Assembly (NCBI GenBank): GCA_964035575.1
Contig: OZ037842.1
Coordinates: forward strand, 806,001 to 870,000
Length of the DNA stretch: 64,000 bases
Direction: 5' to 3'
Source of the DNA: Rhynchopus sp. YZ270_cl-10
Taxonomy: Eukaryota
Below the pieces are notes generated by a model. The model was not told the origin of the DNA. It searched no databases and saw only the letters and a program-made list of their open reading frames with translations. The translations under genes and the position numbers were made by a program. Below, piece after piece: positions 1 through 12,914 of this stretch (the stretch's first letter is position 1; each line of letters begins with the position of its first letter).

Positions 1-1346
1 TAGGGGCAACTCTTCGGGGGCTTCCCGCCCGGTACTGGACTCAATGAGAAGCGCGAGGTGTTCCAGATCTGCATAGCTGTGTTGTGGATGGGTCACCATA
101 TTGTCTAAAGAGGTGGACCAGTTGGCGGGGCTCAGTTCCACCAGGGGTGATGATGTGCCGGAAAGCGAGAGCATGTCGTAACCACCTTTGGAGGATTCTG
201 CTAAGAGCCGCAGATGCCGCAGTGGATGCGACGGTCCAGCAGCCACCGCTGCAGCAACTGCAGCAGCCAGCACCACTGCTGCAGGGGGTGCGATGCGATG
301 ATGCAAAAAGTCCCCCAAAGCCCGCTCCGTAGGAAACCACCACTTATACACCTCTCGTGTCTCGATCGTCCACCGCCCATCGGAAGTGATGTTATTGCTG
401 TAGTCCATCCCACTCACCCCAGAGAAGGGGATCTCATAGAGAATAACGCCTTCCCGTTTGTGCAGCGGCAGGTCGTACAGATCGCCCCCTGAGAAAAGGA
501 TTGGATAAGAAAGGGAAATAATGTTGGGAGGTGTGTAATGTTGAAAAGGGTGTGGTGAGGATAGACGCAGATCGTAAGGTAGGTGTTTTTGTTATGTTGT
601 CGATCATCGCTACTAAGGTGCGTTCTGTAGCGTCGTCGCCCGAAGGGGCTAGGACGTACAGACGCAAATATCATCCTTAAGTGTGCCAGAGATGAGGCAT
701 TGGGAACTATTGTTGCCCTGTCTGAATAATAATTCTGAATATTTTTAGAGGTGGTATGTATACCTGTGATGAGGAGGAAGGAGGCGACGTCCATGAAGCG
801 CCGCCACAGCCAGGAGCTGGACTCTGCGTAGCGACTGCGCGAGGGGAAGAGCATGAAGGTGTAGGACTGGCGTGCGTCGCAGGGGACCCAACAGATCTGG
901 GTCTTGCCCGCGACGGGTGTGTGCGAGGGTTCAGAGTAGGTGGCATGTTCGGTTAGGGTGCTGGGGTGGGACGCGACTTGCCGCGAGTCAATGAGAAAGC
1001 GGAGGAGGGGGTGCCGTTCGAAGTACTTCGCAGTCTGCCTGATCTGCACACCTAGCAGCCACTTCTGCAGGTAGCGCAGACAGAGCTCGTGCAGGACAGA
1101 CCTCCGCATGAGCACCATGCACTTATCCTTGACACGCGACAGCTCCGACAGCATCAGGTCATCGTGCGCCATCTCCGCCACGGCCCCGTCAGAGAAGGCG
1201 GTGCTCCGCTCACCCTCCACCATGTACGCACTGCACGTCTCCCCCATGCTCCCGTCAGGGTCATGCCGCCCGTTGTGCCTGGGATACCCTGCGTCCTCAC
1301 ATGTGTCATGAAAGTATGTGTCTCTTTCAACACCGACCTCCCCCAT
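1..1346 (-). CDS. Hypothetical protein, spliced (exon 1 1346-764, exon 2 488-<1); 3' end runs off the window
   Basis: The ORF from ATG 1346 turns non-coding-like after ...FLLIT. A donor CAG|GTATAC at 763 and an acceptor TTTTCTCAG| at 489 join in phase 1, giving a frame (GGDLYDLPLHKREGVILYEIPFSG...) open to base 1. Confidence 0.65.
489..763 (-). other. GT-AG intron (275 nt)
   Basis: GTATAC donor, pyrimidine tract plus CAG acceptor; removal restores a long open frame. Confidence 0.65.
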
Positions 1347-1525
1347 GAAGGTTCGTATCCTGTAAAAAAAGGTAAAATAAACTATAAATCGTACTTAGTC
1401 ACCCAAATCAGATGGCCCAACCCCCTAAGACCCATAATGATGCGAACAACAAACGCGTGTTGCATTGTCGGTGTGGATTAGAAGAAAGAGTGCGTGCCAC
1501 CCTCGCGACCGCCCTGAAGACAAAG

Positions 1526-3905
1526 GGGTAGGTGGGGGTGTGTCTGTGGTTTGTTTGACTACTTTAGCGATTCAGTGTTAACACACAAACGATGCTTCGT
1601 AGGATGGGATATAAAAAGGGCATCACAAAGAATCATTGTTTCAGCCATTGGTGTGGCACAGCAAAACAATGCATCAAAGGAAAATCAGCAAGATGCACTG
1701 TCCTCACGGATGTGGACATCTGCAAAAAGAAGAATGATAATGCAAACGCCTCTGGGACGCAGGCAGTCAACAAAGAAAAGCAAATAAACAAAGAAATCCT
1801 GAGAGATGAATGTGGTTTGAGTGACACACATCTTTCATAGAAAGGCTGGAGCAGATAATGTAGCCTAAGTTTGCTTTCCCCGAACGCATCACATCCGCAA
1901 AAAAAAGAACAGATAAGCAAGTGTGATCATCAGGGTTTGCAAACACAATGCCTGTAGACAGCCCGTCTCAGGTTGGCCACTGGCCGCCATTTTTTGGGTG
2001 TCGCAGCATCGACAGGCAGGCTTCACATCTAAAAAGGGGTGGCAGGGAAGGGCGGGGCAGGGTAGGGGCACAGGCTAAGCTCAGATAAGCGGGGGTGTCG
2101 GTGGGCTTGCACCATCGACACAGATCGTCCTGCACACCCCACATGTCACCTGCTCAACACAGTGCTTCCCCTCACCACAGTCAACACCGTCACACATGAA
2201 CCTGGCGCAGGGAAGAGGGGGGAAGTTCCCACACTCACACAGGGCAGGGTTCCAGCATCCTGTCTCACACGTCTGGGCAGGTGTCGCAGCTGTGCACTCA
2301 CGTGGTGTGCACACACCAGGAGCGTCGCATGTGGGCTCCGAGCAGGCACACTCAAGCCCCTCCAAGCACGCATGTCTCTCACACTCAACGGTGAAGCCAC
2401 CACACGACGCCCCCTCGTCCTGCTTCTTCGTGCACACCTTCTCCTCCAGAAGGCACGTCGCAAGCCCTGTCACCGGGTCTGTTCCCTTCGTGCTCCTGCA
2501 CCACCACCCAAGTCCGCAGTCCAGGTCGCTCTCACACGGCCCCATCGTTGGCACAGGGGCGGGGACGGGTGCTGGAGGCGCCTCGACACATTGGAAGTGG
2601 CACCCGTTGCACTGCACAGGCATGCAGGTGAAGCCACTTGTGCAGGCAAGAGGGCTGTCGCAGGGGTTCTCGGTGCATGTGGTGCCTTGGTCAAGCTCAC
2701 ACGAGCACGTGTCCGGGTTGTAGCACTCAGTGAAGTGGCATCTCCTGTCCTTGTGGATTGTGTACGGTGTGCATGCAGGGGTCGGTGCAGGGGTTTCAAC
2801 ACACGTGCCAAATGGGAGGCAGTACGAGTTGGAGAAGTAGTGCACACACTGCAGCGAGGCACCACAGCAGTTCGGTCTGTGTGTGCACACATCGAAGAAG
2901 TGAAGCACGGGGCCAAGAGTTGTGCAGGTGCTTGTCTCCACCACACACGCCTCACTCGCCGAACAGTCCGTCTTGTCGAGACAGAAGCCAGACCCCTGAA
3001 CCAACATCACACATCCGAGAGCAGCAAACACACGCAGCATTGTGAAGGTGGGTGAGTTTTGTGTTTTCAGAAAATTCTGTTGGGTGTTGTGTTGCGGTGT
3101 GTGTGTGCAGAGTGGAAGAGGAAGGGAAAAGAGGGACAGAGGTGACCTTATTTCTTCGTTCTTAATCTTACTATTCTACTTAGCTGCATGGAACAGGGTT
3201 TCTTTAGGGGAAAGACATGGCGAAATATACCACACAGAAACAGAATACATTCTGCATAGGACCCAAATGAGACGTTTGGGTGCAAAGAAAACTAAAACAC
3301 AAGGGAAGACATACTTAAGGTCGCTGAGCACGCCCGTGTTAGGGGAGCGGCGCCCATAAGTGATGGTAATATGACATTCGTTTTTCTGATTATAACAGGG
3401 CTGCGCTGTTACCTCGCAGCAGTGGTTTTGAGCCTGTGTTAGCTGTTTGGGCAATACACCACTTCGTTGCCGACTGACAGTCATCACAAAAGATGCACAC
3501 ACAACACTATGCACTCTGCAAACGGCAGGTGGCAATATATAGACAACACATACGAGTTGCATTGATTAATAGAAAAGCTCAATAAGATGCACCTAGGACT
3601 CTTGTGCTTAGTCACCTAACAAGAAACGAAAGTACCGACCAAAAAAAAAAGGGGGGGGGCCAAAAATCGTGAACATTGTGTGTTAGGGGAATCCACATGA
3701 AACAGTCCAGTCTGAGTGTCACACACTAACGTACAGACCTCTTGGATGCAGACACGTGAATTAATGACCTTGCAGGGTGAACAGGTCTCTAAGATGCACA
3801 TCTTTTTCACACAAAAATGAGAGGAAAACAAAGAAACTTAAAAGCTTCGTGTGCTTCGCGTGCACATCTCGCACTAACATTTGTTTGCAAACACTGCCCG
3901 TGTGC
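1526..3905. repeat. 2.4-kb direct duplication, copy 1 (copy 2 at 41089-43449)
   Basis: Near-identical sequence from gggtaggtgggggtg to acactgcccgtgtgc at both loci, with a few substitutions and small indels. Confidence 0.97.
2081..3040 (-). CDS. Secreted cysteine-rich protein (319 aa), copy 1
   Basis: Signal-peptide-like N-terminus MLRVFAALGCVMLVQGS, many Cys-rich modules and PAPTP/PAPVP linkers. The protein is identical in the second copy while the DNA differences seen are synonymous. Confidence 0.85.
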   Translation of the reverse strand: MLRVFAALGCVMLVQGSGFCLDKTDCSASEACVVETSTCTTLGPVLHFFDVCTHRPNCCGASLQCVHYFSNSYCLPFGTCVETPAPTPACTPYTIHKDRRCHFTECYNPDTCSCELDQGTTCTENPCDSPLACTSGFTCMPVQCNGCHFQCVEAPPAPVPAPVPTMGPCESDLDCGLGWWCRSTKGTDPVTGLATCLLEEKVCTKKQDEGASCGGFTVECERHACLEGLECACSEPTCDAPGVCTPRECTAATPAQTCETGCWNPALCECGNFPPLPCARFMCDGVDCGEGKHCVEQVTCGVCRTICVDGASPPTPPLI

Positions 3906-4602
3906 GGAAGTTGGAAGTGCAAGGAGATGACAGCCGACGACTGCCATCTCGGAAGGATTTTCGACGACCCTATGGATTTTTGGATTTTGGCCTCACAATT
4001 TTGGAGCAGAAATTTGAAGAACAGGATTACTATGTCCGAGTTTGGAGCCCAAAAACCATCAAATCAAGAATTTTTCACTTTTGAGCATCTGTTGCACTTT
4101 CAGATTTTTCCTAACTCGCACAAAAATTCTAAAAATGGTGTTTTAAAGTTTTAAACACCGGGGTAAGGCAGGATAAGGACCACGTAAATTTTGAGAAATA
4201 TGAGCCCGGTTGATGGCATGATGGTTAGCAAAAGGCCTGCTTTGGTATAATAAAAAAGAGTGATGAAATCGTTTTTTGTTAGCAGGTGGGGGTGGTTATG
4301 TTCCCTTCCCTCACTGTACGACAAGTATGCCTCGGCTTGGGCGGGGAGGTACGTTGTAATGAAAAAGATATGGGTTTTTGTGGGGATTCTTTTTGCAGCA
4401 CACAGCATAAAATAACAATTTGCGGAACGTCTTCCTCAGCAGCTCTCCTCTCGCACCAAGTAGTAGTCTGTGCCACGGTGAGCAAGACTGTGTCCCTCTT
4501 CTTCTCCGAACCAGAGGACGCAGCAGACACACTGCCAGAGACCCTCCACCTCGGGGAGGTGCTGCCCTCCCACCAACACACCACGTCCTCATTGTGCGTG
4601 TC

Positions 4603-5556
4603 TCAGTCGCTTCTGGCTTTCCTTGGGGGTTCGTCTCTGCTTCGTTTCGGACGTTCTTCAACCACAAGATGCTTCAGCTCTTCCTTCCTCACTTCGTCGG
4701 ACACAACACTGCTGCAGCCCGAAAGGTAAATGCTCGTCAACGACTTGCAGTTCAGAGCAAAACACGTACCCCCGAAAACACCCATACGAATATTCGTAAT
4801 CCTGCTCAGTTGCGACAAATCAAGAGTCTTTAAACTGGTGCAGTTCGCAAGGAAGCACGAACCGACCTGCGTCACATTGCTGAGTGCTGATAAATTGACG
4901 CTGGTTAAGCCCTTGCAGCCGTAAAGAAAGTAGTCTTGAATCTGCATCAAATTGCTGAGTGATGACAAATCCAGGGTCGTTAAGCTGATGCACTTCGCAA
5001 GGAAGTACGTATCCACGTGCGTCACATTGCTCAACCCAGAGAGGTCGATACTTGTCAACGAGGTGCAGTCAAACAGGAAACCGCTTCCAATGTGAGTCAC
5101 AATGGACTCAGCACTGAGATCAAGTCTCGTTAACGACGTATTTGACAAGAGCCTATACGGAATGACAGTCGCAACCTCCGCCTGCAGAAGCAAACACGCC
5201 ACCACAGGATCCTCTACCTGAGCCAACCTCTCTGCCGTCAGGTCTGTCTCACCCAACGCACGAAGCTCTGCAATGGCTTCTTGCTTCTTCGTCTTCGTCA
5301 GGATGATTGTGTCACCAGCACTCAGCTGCGTCATGTCCGCTCCTTCTCCCATCGCTTCGTCTCCGAAACTCATGCAAAAGCCGTATTCAGGCAACCCCAT
5401 TGCAGACGCCACCTTCCGCCGCAAGCACTCCACTGTGTCATCTGCACCCACCTCGACTACGTGCTCATTCGTGTCGAAACCCTTGATGTTCACGTCCATG
5501 TCTTTGTTGTGGTTTGTTGTGATCTCTGTGTGGTGGTGCGTTATAGAGAACAACAA
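4603..5556 (-). CDS. Ubiquitin-like domain + leucine-rich-repeat (BspA-like) protein; real start probably MDVNIKG
   Basis: Ubl-like segment MDVNIKGFDTNEHVVEVGADDTVECLRRKVASAMG...GDTIIL, followed by repeats of type FLxxCTSLTSIDLSxLSNVTxI. Confidence 0.85.
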   Translation of the reverse strand: MLFSITHHHTEITTNHNKDMDVNIKGFDTNEHVVEVGADDTVECLRRKVASAMGLPEYGFCMSFGDEAMGEGADMTQLSAGDTIILTKTKKQEAIAELRALGETDLTAERLAQVEDPVVACLLLQAEVATVIPYRLLSNTSLTRLDLSAESIVTHIGSGFLFDCTSLTSIDLSGLSNVTHVDTYFLAKCISLTTLDLSSLSNLMQIQDYFLYGCKGLTSVNLSALSNVTQVGSCFLANCTSLKTLDLSQLSRITNIRMGVFGGTCFALNCKSLTSIYLSGCSSVVSDEVRKEELKHLVVEERPKRSRDEPPRKARSD

Positions 5557-6092
5557 GCTGTGGTCGTTTTTAAGAACCGTGCCACATACAACTGTAGGGA
5601 GAAGGCCTCTCCCCTACCCACAACCCCCGACTTCAGATCTCTCTCCTCTCCATCCCATCTCCCTGAACCTGCGCCCTTCACAGACGTTCCCTTCTGAGCA
5701 GACAGACAAAACCCCCTACCACATCTCCCACTCCCTTAGCTGAAGCTGCACCTCTCTCACTGCTCTCTCGTTACGTTGCCTAGGAACACGAAGAGCGCCG
5801 GGTTGGCAGTACAGTGCATTGTGCAGGCCACCCTCCACAACGCAGTTGGACATCAATTCAACTCTGATGTGCTCCTCCCTACCACACGCAGCGCTTGCAC
5901 AGTCCCTCTACACTAGTTACCGGGCACTGTGCTGAGACGCTGGCATGAGGGCTCTCCATCAGTGTCACGAGTGACAAATGGCTTCAGTAGAACGACGCCA
6001 TGTGCGTGTCTCCGTTGAAGAGAAAAAAATCTCAGAACCCAAGCCCCCGCATACTTCGTTACCATAGAACCAACCCTACCTTTACAACAAAG

Positions 6093-6244
6093 GAGAACAG
6101 AGAACAGAGAACAGAGAACAGAGAACAGAGAACAGAGAACAGAGAACAGAGAACAGAGAACAGAGAACAGAGAACAGAGAACAGAGAACAGAGAACAGAG
6201 AACAGAGAACAGAGAACAGAGAACGGAGAACAGAGAACAGAGAG
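6093..6244. repeat. Heptamer tandem repeat (GAGAACA)n, about 21 units
   Basis: Directly visible; one GAGAACG variant unit. Confidence 0.97.
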
Positions 6245-6672
6245 AAACGGACCTACCCCACCCGGTGTGGGGTTACAACCCTTAAAACATTTCGTTTTAA
6301 ACTCGGACTCGATTTTTGATCCCCTTATTGACGTCTCACTGTTGAATGATGAAGTTAAGCAGAATATAGAAGCGTGCGAGTCAGTCACGGAGCGCTTTTT
6401 TGGGAGGGTAAAGGTGCAGTTGTGCACAAGGAGCAATTCGTCACCCAGGGCTATTATCTGGTTGATATGGATATACAGGTACTGGCACAGGTGTTGGACA
6501 AGACACAAACTGGACTTGTAGGATTCTGAACGAGCACTCGAGCACTTGACAAATATCCGCGTCATCGCGTGACGATGATGCACCGCCCATTTGTGGGTAG
6601 TGACTATCAGAAGCCAGGTTCTTAGCTTTGCGTACCCTCCTCATCTTCTTCTTATTTTCTCTCCTCGCAGCG

Positions 6673-7543
6673 AACCCTACCCACACACCCGTTGCGTTTG
6701 CGGAATTGAGCATCATCGCACAACACATCCCTCACCCACCCCCCCAGTCTCCCCCTGAAGTCGGCCCTTAGAGAGCCACGCTGCACCCTTGTGTCTTTCC
6801 CCCCCTTTGTTCTTGGTCCCCCTATCTCCCACTGTCCCAATTCTACTTCAATATAAAAACGTTGGTTGTCCCCCCACGTTTGAATGGGTAAGGAACACAC
6901 TAAAAAAATGCACACAGATATCTCACAGCAAACCCACCCAACCACGGATGCCGAAGTGTATCACCTGCTCTAGCTCTTCCTACACCCTTTGAGCTGAGCG
7001 ACACCCGCCTTACGCACACGCATCCACCCATGCTCACCTTATCAACATGCTAGGCACCTATCCCACCACGATGTGCTGATTCCAAGGAACGCCCTTAGTG
7101 GTCAGGTAGACGGTCTTTAGTATGTACTCAGTGAACTTCCAATTGAAGCTCTCGGGTGAGCTTTGACTCCCACTGCCGGCAGCACCACAGGCTCGTTCAA
7201 CATTCAGCTGATGTTGGTGCACCTCCACAACGCAATCGAACATCTGCTTGACTCAAGCCCCCCCCTACACCTATCCCCGGGGATCACTGCCTCCTGACCA
7301 CTGCAGAAATGTACACCACAGCAAACAATGCGTATCACACATCCCCAACAGACGCATCGTTCTCCTTTTGCAGGAGCAACCTAGGGGCGGTGCAGAGCAA
7401 CCCTTCTGCGCGCCCTTGAAGAAGCCTGAAGCTATAACTCAGTCAGCAAACCCTATCCCCCCCACACCCGTTGCGTTTTGCGGAATTGAGTATCATCGCA
7501 TAACACATCCCTCACCCACCCCCCCAGTCTCCCCCCTGAAGTC
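6673..7543. repeat. Pair of ~90-bp diverged direct repeats (6673-6762 and 7449-7543)
   Basis: Shared cacacccgttgcgttt(t)gcggaattgag(c/t)atcatcgca(c/t)aacacatccctcacccacccccccagtctcccc. Confidence 0.9.
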
Positions 7544-9693
7544 AGCCACACATTGGAACGCAGAGTCAGGGTGTAAGCATTAACCAAAGGTGGTCAACAA
7601 ACAGAAAAGGCTGAATAACATCTACGCAAGCTTGGCCACCATCAATGAAGCCGACCCACACCACTGTTACTACAAAGCTGAGTCAGGTGTACCTGCCTCT
7701 CCCCTCCTCTCCACACCTGGTGGTCATGCACACCACAGCACCACAGCACCTAACAGTCACCCGTAGAGGGGAGATTTTTTTAGGAGAGTTGGCAAAACAG
7801 TTGCCCAGAATTTTGGTCAACCCGAGCGTTGCCCGTTGCAAGCATAGGGTCGGAGTTCCCACCCCCACCCTCCACCTTCCACCTCCCACCCACCGTGAAC
7901 CTAGACCCTCTGTGGCTCCCGATGAGCTACCATAGATGGGCACCATGCGTCAAAACCGTTCCAAGGATGTGAGTCTTATGGCCTGAGGTGGCCACAGTGT
8001 CAAAAGGGTTCGCCCAGTCAGCTCCCTCTCCTCACCTCACCTCACTTCGCGCAGTTGTATCGGACGTAGCCAGTCATCGATCTGAATATTCAGGTGCAGA
8101 GAGGCTTGCTACGAAGGGACAGTATGTCCATGCCACGCCATCCCAATAAACCATTTTAGACCATAAACGATTTTTACTTTATTTCTTTTTTTTGGAATAA
8201 CTCATGTGGGGTTGGGGAGGGGGGGGCTTAGAGAAGATTTCCTATGATCTCGCTTTGCGATGCTTGCGTCAGCAACCACGTGGCTTACAAGACGAGTCAT
8301 TTTTTTAAAGGCGGTTCGAGGACCTAGGATCACACTGTATGGAAATACAATAAAACGATGCCTTCGGGACCCCGACACTGTGTGCTTTTTTCATTTTTTA
8401 TTAAGTGTCATGTCAAAAAAAGGGGGGGGGGGAGAAAAGGTTTGGACAACATCTAACAGACAACGGGAAGACTTTCAACGCCTCGCTGGGTCACTTTTTA
8501 ATAAATGATACACCCCGTTGTACTGCATTGAGCCAAAACTTAAGCATTGACCATAATGTCCTACAGATTCTACTGGTCCAAGGAGATATCATAGCACCGT
8601 CCACACCAAGCAAAACTTAACGACTAAACAAAGGAAGGCAAGAAGGCAGAATTAACACAAAAAAACAACGCACACTCCCCAAAAGAATCAGCCCAAAGAT
8701 CAATGGTTTAAACCATCTTAAGAAAGAGAAAGCTTTTTGGTGAGACGATCCTAAGACTCTAGGTCATCTCTAAATTTGAAACTACAAATGGGGGGGTCAG
8801 AGAAACCATAGCCTGACCGAGTAACAAGCGGTGAAGAAAGGGGGAGAAAAAATAGAGAAAAAAATTATGGTAAGTCTAAGCCTCCAAGGAACCCCGTTGC
8901 CCTCTGTCGTCAATAGTCCTGAGACGGCTTTCGTAACGGGCTTTTTGCTTTCTTTGCTGAACGTTTGGAGCCAATTTTTTTGTCGCCGAAGACTTGGAAA
9001 GCGTGCTCACGTGTGTCGTCCCTGGTCATCACCATTTCTGGTATCCTGTATTTGAAATAAGTTTTTCTCCAAATAATTTCAGATAGTGAAGTCAGCTGCA
9101 CTAAAACTAAATTTGACGTCAAATGCAAAAGCCCTCTCGTAACAGTGTACCTTTGTGCATGACCCCAACCACGCAGCTGCACTACTAAACAGATTATCAA
9201 AGTCATTCACAAAATGGCTTGGGATAATAAACTCCGTTCGGAACATTACCCAAAAAAAAGCCTGGGGGAAAAAAACACAGGTCAAAAAAGTGAATTAGAG
9301 ATACCATATCTCCTGTTCGCTTTCCCCCAACAAGACAAAGAAGGAAAAAAAAGACCATAAAAAAGTGAAGGCACATACGGCATATCGTCGATCTTCATCC
9401 CTATTCGCATTATCGCCCTCTCCAATGATTTCATTCCTGTGGTGAGTATTTTATTTTATTTGAAAACTTGGTTGTATTAGTGTAGCCACCCTAGAGTGTG
9501 CTCTATATTTATTTTTTTAAACTTGGCAGTGTTGACCCCCCCTCCACTATTTTGATCATCAAAGACACAACACTCAACCCTTTTTCACTAGGGTTTTGTC
9601 GATTAAAAAAAAATCTCAAATCGGGAAGCCGCTTGAGACACATGCATGACTGTAGGTAATCGTTGAGGGTTTAAAAAAAAAAAAAAAAAAAGA

Positions 9694-11805
9694 TCAAATC
9701 ATACTCTCGGTCTGGATGTCCAGCTTTGTTGAGAGTTGCTGGATGTGGTGTGCGCTGGCATTGCTGAGTGAGGAGCCGGGGTCCTCAGCTTCTTGTGGTC
9801 CGCTGCTGCGTCTGGGCTCGGATATGGGAAGGGGGAGGCGGGCCCTGCCGCTTCGTGGTGCGGACTGCATAATCTTGCATGACGACTGGTCGTCCTGAAC
9901 GAAGGCAGACTTCCCCCGAATCGACTGCTGCGGATCGTCGTTCGTCACCTGATCCTCATCGACACAAGCGTAGTGCTCCCCAAGAATATGCTCCAACTCC
10001 ATCTCCACTGTCTCCTTCTCATCAAAGCTCAGCTTCCGCCCGATGGCCTCCTCTTCCTCTTCATCTTCCTCCTCTGCTTTTGCCGCACGCTCAAGAACCC
10101 GTGGTTTCACCTTTTGTAGCCGTGCAAGAATAGTTTCTCCGAGGTTTGGGTTTGACATATCGGCATCAGTTTCTAGGAGCACGGCACTCTCGAATTCGGG
10201 GTATCGGAGTGCTACGATGATGAAGTCTTCTTTTGAGAGGCGGAGGATGTCGCAGTAGGACATTGCGCGCGCAGCGGGGGACGGTATGTACTCCCACAGA
10301 AGTGAGATCTCTCCAAAGAAATGCCCCTTCCTGATATGCCGCTTCGTCTCTGGACCATACTCCAACTCAACCATTCCATGCCCAAGGAAGAACATTGCCT
10401 GGCTAATCGTTTCGTTCTCTATCAAAACAGTACCAGGATCAATAATGTCATGATCAAGTACAGAAGCCAAATGTGACTGACACCCCGTACTAAAATCCTG
10501 AAACATAGGAATCATCAAAATCAGCTTCATCCGAATATGAATCTTTATTTTGTCTCTCATCGATGGGGGCAACATCATCACACTCTTCTCGTGTCTTTCG
10601 TATGCATAGTTCTCCAAATAGTGCATATGGAACGAAAGAATCTCATTCCTGACCACAGAAGATACACAGTAATGATCTAATAGCGATGCCATATCTGTCA
10701 GGCCTCTTTCGATATCGGACTTCACCTGATCTTGGCTGGAAATGTACACCCCAAGCCACCCAACGATGATACCAAGCACGACAGTCCCGGTAAGCATAAG
10801 AGAAATCGCCCAGACCATTTGGACTGTGTGCGGCAGGGTGATATCTCCGTACCCTACACTGGTGATGGTGTACACCACCCAATAGAGGGCCTCGATGTAG
10901 TTCAGCTCAGGACCGCCTTCCCATTCAACTAGCGTTAAGGTGACCACGGCAAACAGGTGTAACGGCACGATCCCCCAAAACAAAAAGTAAAACGCAGTGA
11001 TACACAGCACCCTAGTGCTCTGTGATGAAGTGCGTGCTCCAGGGAACGACGTCTCAACCTTCACATACGAATAGATTTTCGGCAACTTCAACAGCGCGCG
11101 CGACATTCTCAGACCCGCATGCACCTTGACATAATACGAGGTCGGGAAAAAAATCGAAAAGATCTCCACCGGGAACGTACTCAGCAGGTCGATCAGGAAG
11201 AGCGGTGAGTTTTTCTGGTGCTGGAAGATTGTGTGAAAGTCGTTCCGCCAGTCGCACGTTGTTTTGTCGTATTTTGGGGTAACAAAGTTTAGTGCGGTGT
11301 CGAACAAGAAGATGAAGAGGACTAGGATGTCTACAAAGAGATAGGTCGTTGCTGATGAACGAGGGTTCAGGCATTGCAGGGTTGATTCTATCATGAAGGC
11401 GACTGCGATGACAGAGGCAAACAGATTGTAGACGATGCGTGGCCAAGAGTCCAGCCGAGTATGGGTCATCACTTGGGTAATAAACTTACGATTCTGGCGG
11501 TCAACGGTGTCCGCTTCGGTGTTGCACTCTAACTGATTTTGCTCAGCATTCTGCTCAATGAACGCGTCAATAATGATGGGGACTAAGAGATTCGCGCTTT
11601 TTTTTACATCCTCAACAAACCCTCTAGAGGACCGCCCCTGCAATGGCGTCAGTGGGATGTGATTGTCACTCACACTCCGCGAACCTTGCGGCTGTACCGA
11701 ACCCAACGCATGCGCCGCAAACGCACTGTCCCACGGATCGGCCTTCGCAACATTCTGCATACTCTGAGAGTTCGCAGCAGGCGCCGCTTTCCACCTCTGA
11801 TCCAT
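9694..11805 (-). CDS. Cyclic-nucleotide-binding-domain potassium channel (KCNH/CNG-like, 6TM)
   Basis: Six hydrophobic segments, an S4-like GLRMSRALLKLPKI, pore YWVVYTITSVGYGD, C-linker, and CNBD (GHFFGEISLL...ARAMSYCDILRLSKEDF). Confidence 0.95.
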   Translation of the reverse strand: MDQRWKAAPAANSQSMQNVAKADPWDSAFAAHALGSVQPQGSRSVSDNHIPLTPLQGRSSRGFVEDVKKSANLLVPIIIDAFIEQNAEQNQLECNTEADTVDRQNRKFITQVMTHTRLDSWPRIVYNLFASVIAVAFMIESTLQCLNPRSSATTYLFVDILVLFIFLFDTALNFVTPKYDKTTCDWRNDFHTIFQHQKNSPLFLIDLLSTFPVEIFSIFFPTSYYVKVHAGLRMSRALLKLPKIYSYVKVETSFPGARTSSQSTRVLCITAFYFLFWGIVPLHLFAVVTLTLVEWEGGPELNYIEALYWVVYTITSVGYGDITLPHTVQMVWAISLMLTGTVVLGIIVGWLGVYISSQDQVKSDIERGLTDMASLLDHYCVSSVVRNEILSFHMHYLENYAYERHEKSVMMLPPSMRDKIKIHIRMKLILMIPMFQDFSTGCQSHLASVLDHDIIDPGTVLIENETISQAMFFLGHGMVELEYGPETKRHIRKGHFFGEISLLWEYIPSPAARAMSYCDILRLSKEDFIIVALRYPEFESAVLLETDADMSNPNLGETILARLQKVKPRVLERAAKAEEEDEEEEEAIGRKLSFDEKETVEMELEHILGEHYACVDEDQVTNDDPQQSIRGKSAFVQDDQSSCKIMQSAPRSGRARLPLPISEPRRSSGPQEAEDPGSSLSNASAHHIQQLSTKLDIQTESMI

Positions 11806-12182
11806 TTCTGACTAACTCTAAAACTCTTTTAAGAAACGAGCATTGAAACAAAACGAAACACGATTTTCGTGCTCAAACAGACGAATTTAAAAAGAGGAGG
11901 GAGCGAGGGAGAGAGGGGGAGAAGAGAAAAGCAACGCTGTGTATGTGTGTTTGTCTGGAAGAAGAGGGAGCGAGTGGAGGTGGGAGGGGGGGGAGGAGAA
12001 ATATTCACGGTGTGTTGTAATAGGAGGGGGGGAAATGGTTTGCAGGGGAGAGGAGGATGGGGGAGGTCGATTTTGCTAAGCTTCCTGAGGTGGCGGAACA
12101 ACTCTTCTTTCAGAGTTGAATTTTGTTTGTGTTGTATTTTTTTTTTTTTTGCTGATTGTTCTTTGCTGGGTCTTCAAAACAG

Positions 12183-12341
12183 GAAATAGAAACGTAACAC
12201 TCATCACACGATAAAACCCATGGGAGAGGTTGTGGTGAAACGCACCTCGGCCTGTTTGGTGAGGAGTGGCTCTGCAGCGCGGTTCGTCCCTAGAACCGCA
12301 AAATGCGTTCAAAATGCTTTTGTTTCTATTTCCTCCTTCAT
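12183..12341. repeat. ~160-bp structured dispersed element, copy 1 (copy 2 at 19394-19553)
   Basis: Two related copies; terminal inverted repeat GAAATAGAAAC/GTTTCTATTTC plus internal stems. Confidence 0.85.
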
Positions 12342-12914
12342 GAGTTGACAAAAGAATCGGGTTCTCTTTGGTGCGCATAGTTGGAGGCGCTTAAAAAAGG
12401 CAATTAAAAAAGAAATCTTGAACAATGCATGTGCCTCTCGTGCACACACATCTGTTAAGGGGGGGAGGGCGTGGGGGATAAATAAAACATACGGCAGCAA
12501 ATGGCAGCTGGGAAGGGAAGAGGCAGTAGCATTTTCTTTTTTTTGCATGAAAGGTGCTCAGAGAGAGCGTACACAATCCGTCGAAGGAATTTGCAAATAT
12601 GTGAATTAAAAAAAAAACAAAACCCCAAACCTCCGGGTTTGCCCCCCTCTCGCTTACATCACCTTGTCAATTGAAGAGTGGCACAAAATACCCCAAACAG
12701 GACATCAATAACCCGGGGGGAGGGCAATAGGCAGTCTCGGTAAAGACAAAAGGGGGGTGTAAATAAAAAATGCAACAAAAAATCATCTCTCTCTCTCTTT
12801 CTTTTAGTTTTATTTGATAAATTGTTGGAGTAGTGTAGTTGCCACAGTTGTGCAATCTCCACTGTCAATACTTAATAATTAACTAATTCTTCTCACACTC
12901 CAATTTATTTATCT

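Noticed and set aside
6000..6583. ORFs containing TENREQR or LCSLFSV repeats
   Set aside because: Translations of the (GAGAACA)n microsatellite.
12255..12320. Resemblance to 5.8S rRNA (ttttgaacgca on the minus strand), tRNA A/B boxes or a hammerhead core
   Set aside because: Only short matches: no surrounding rRNA homology, A/B spacing too short, no cloverleaf and no CUGANGA core.
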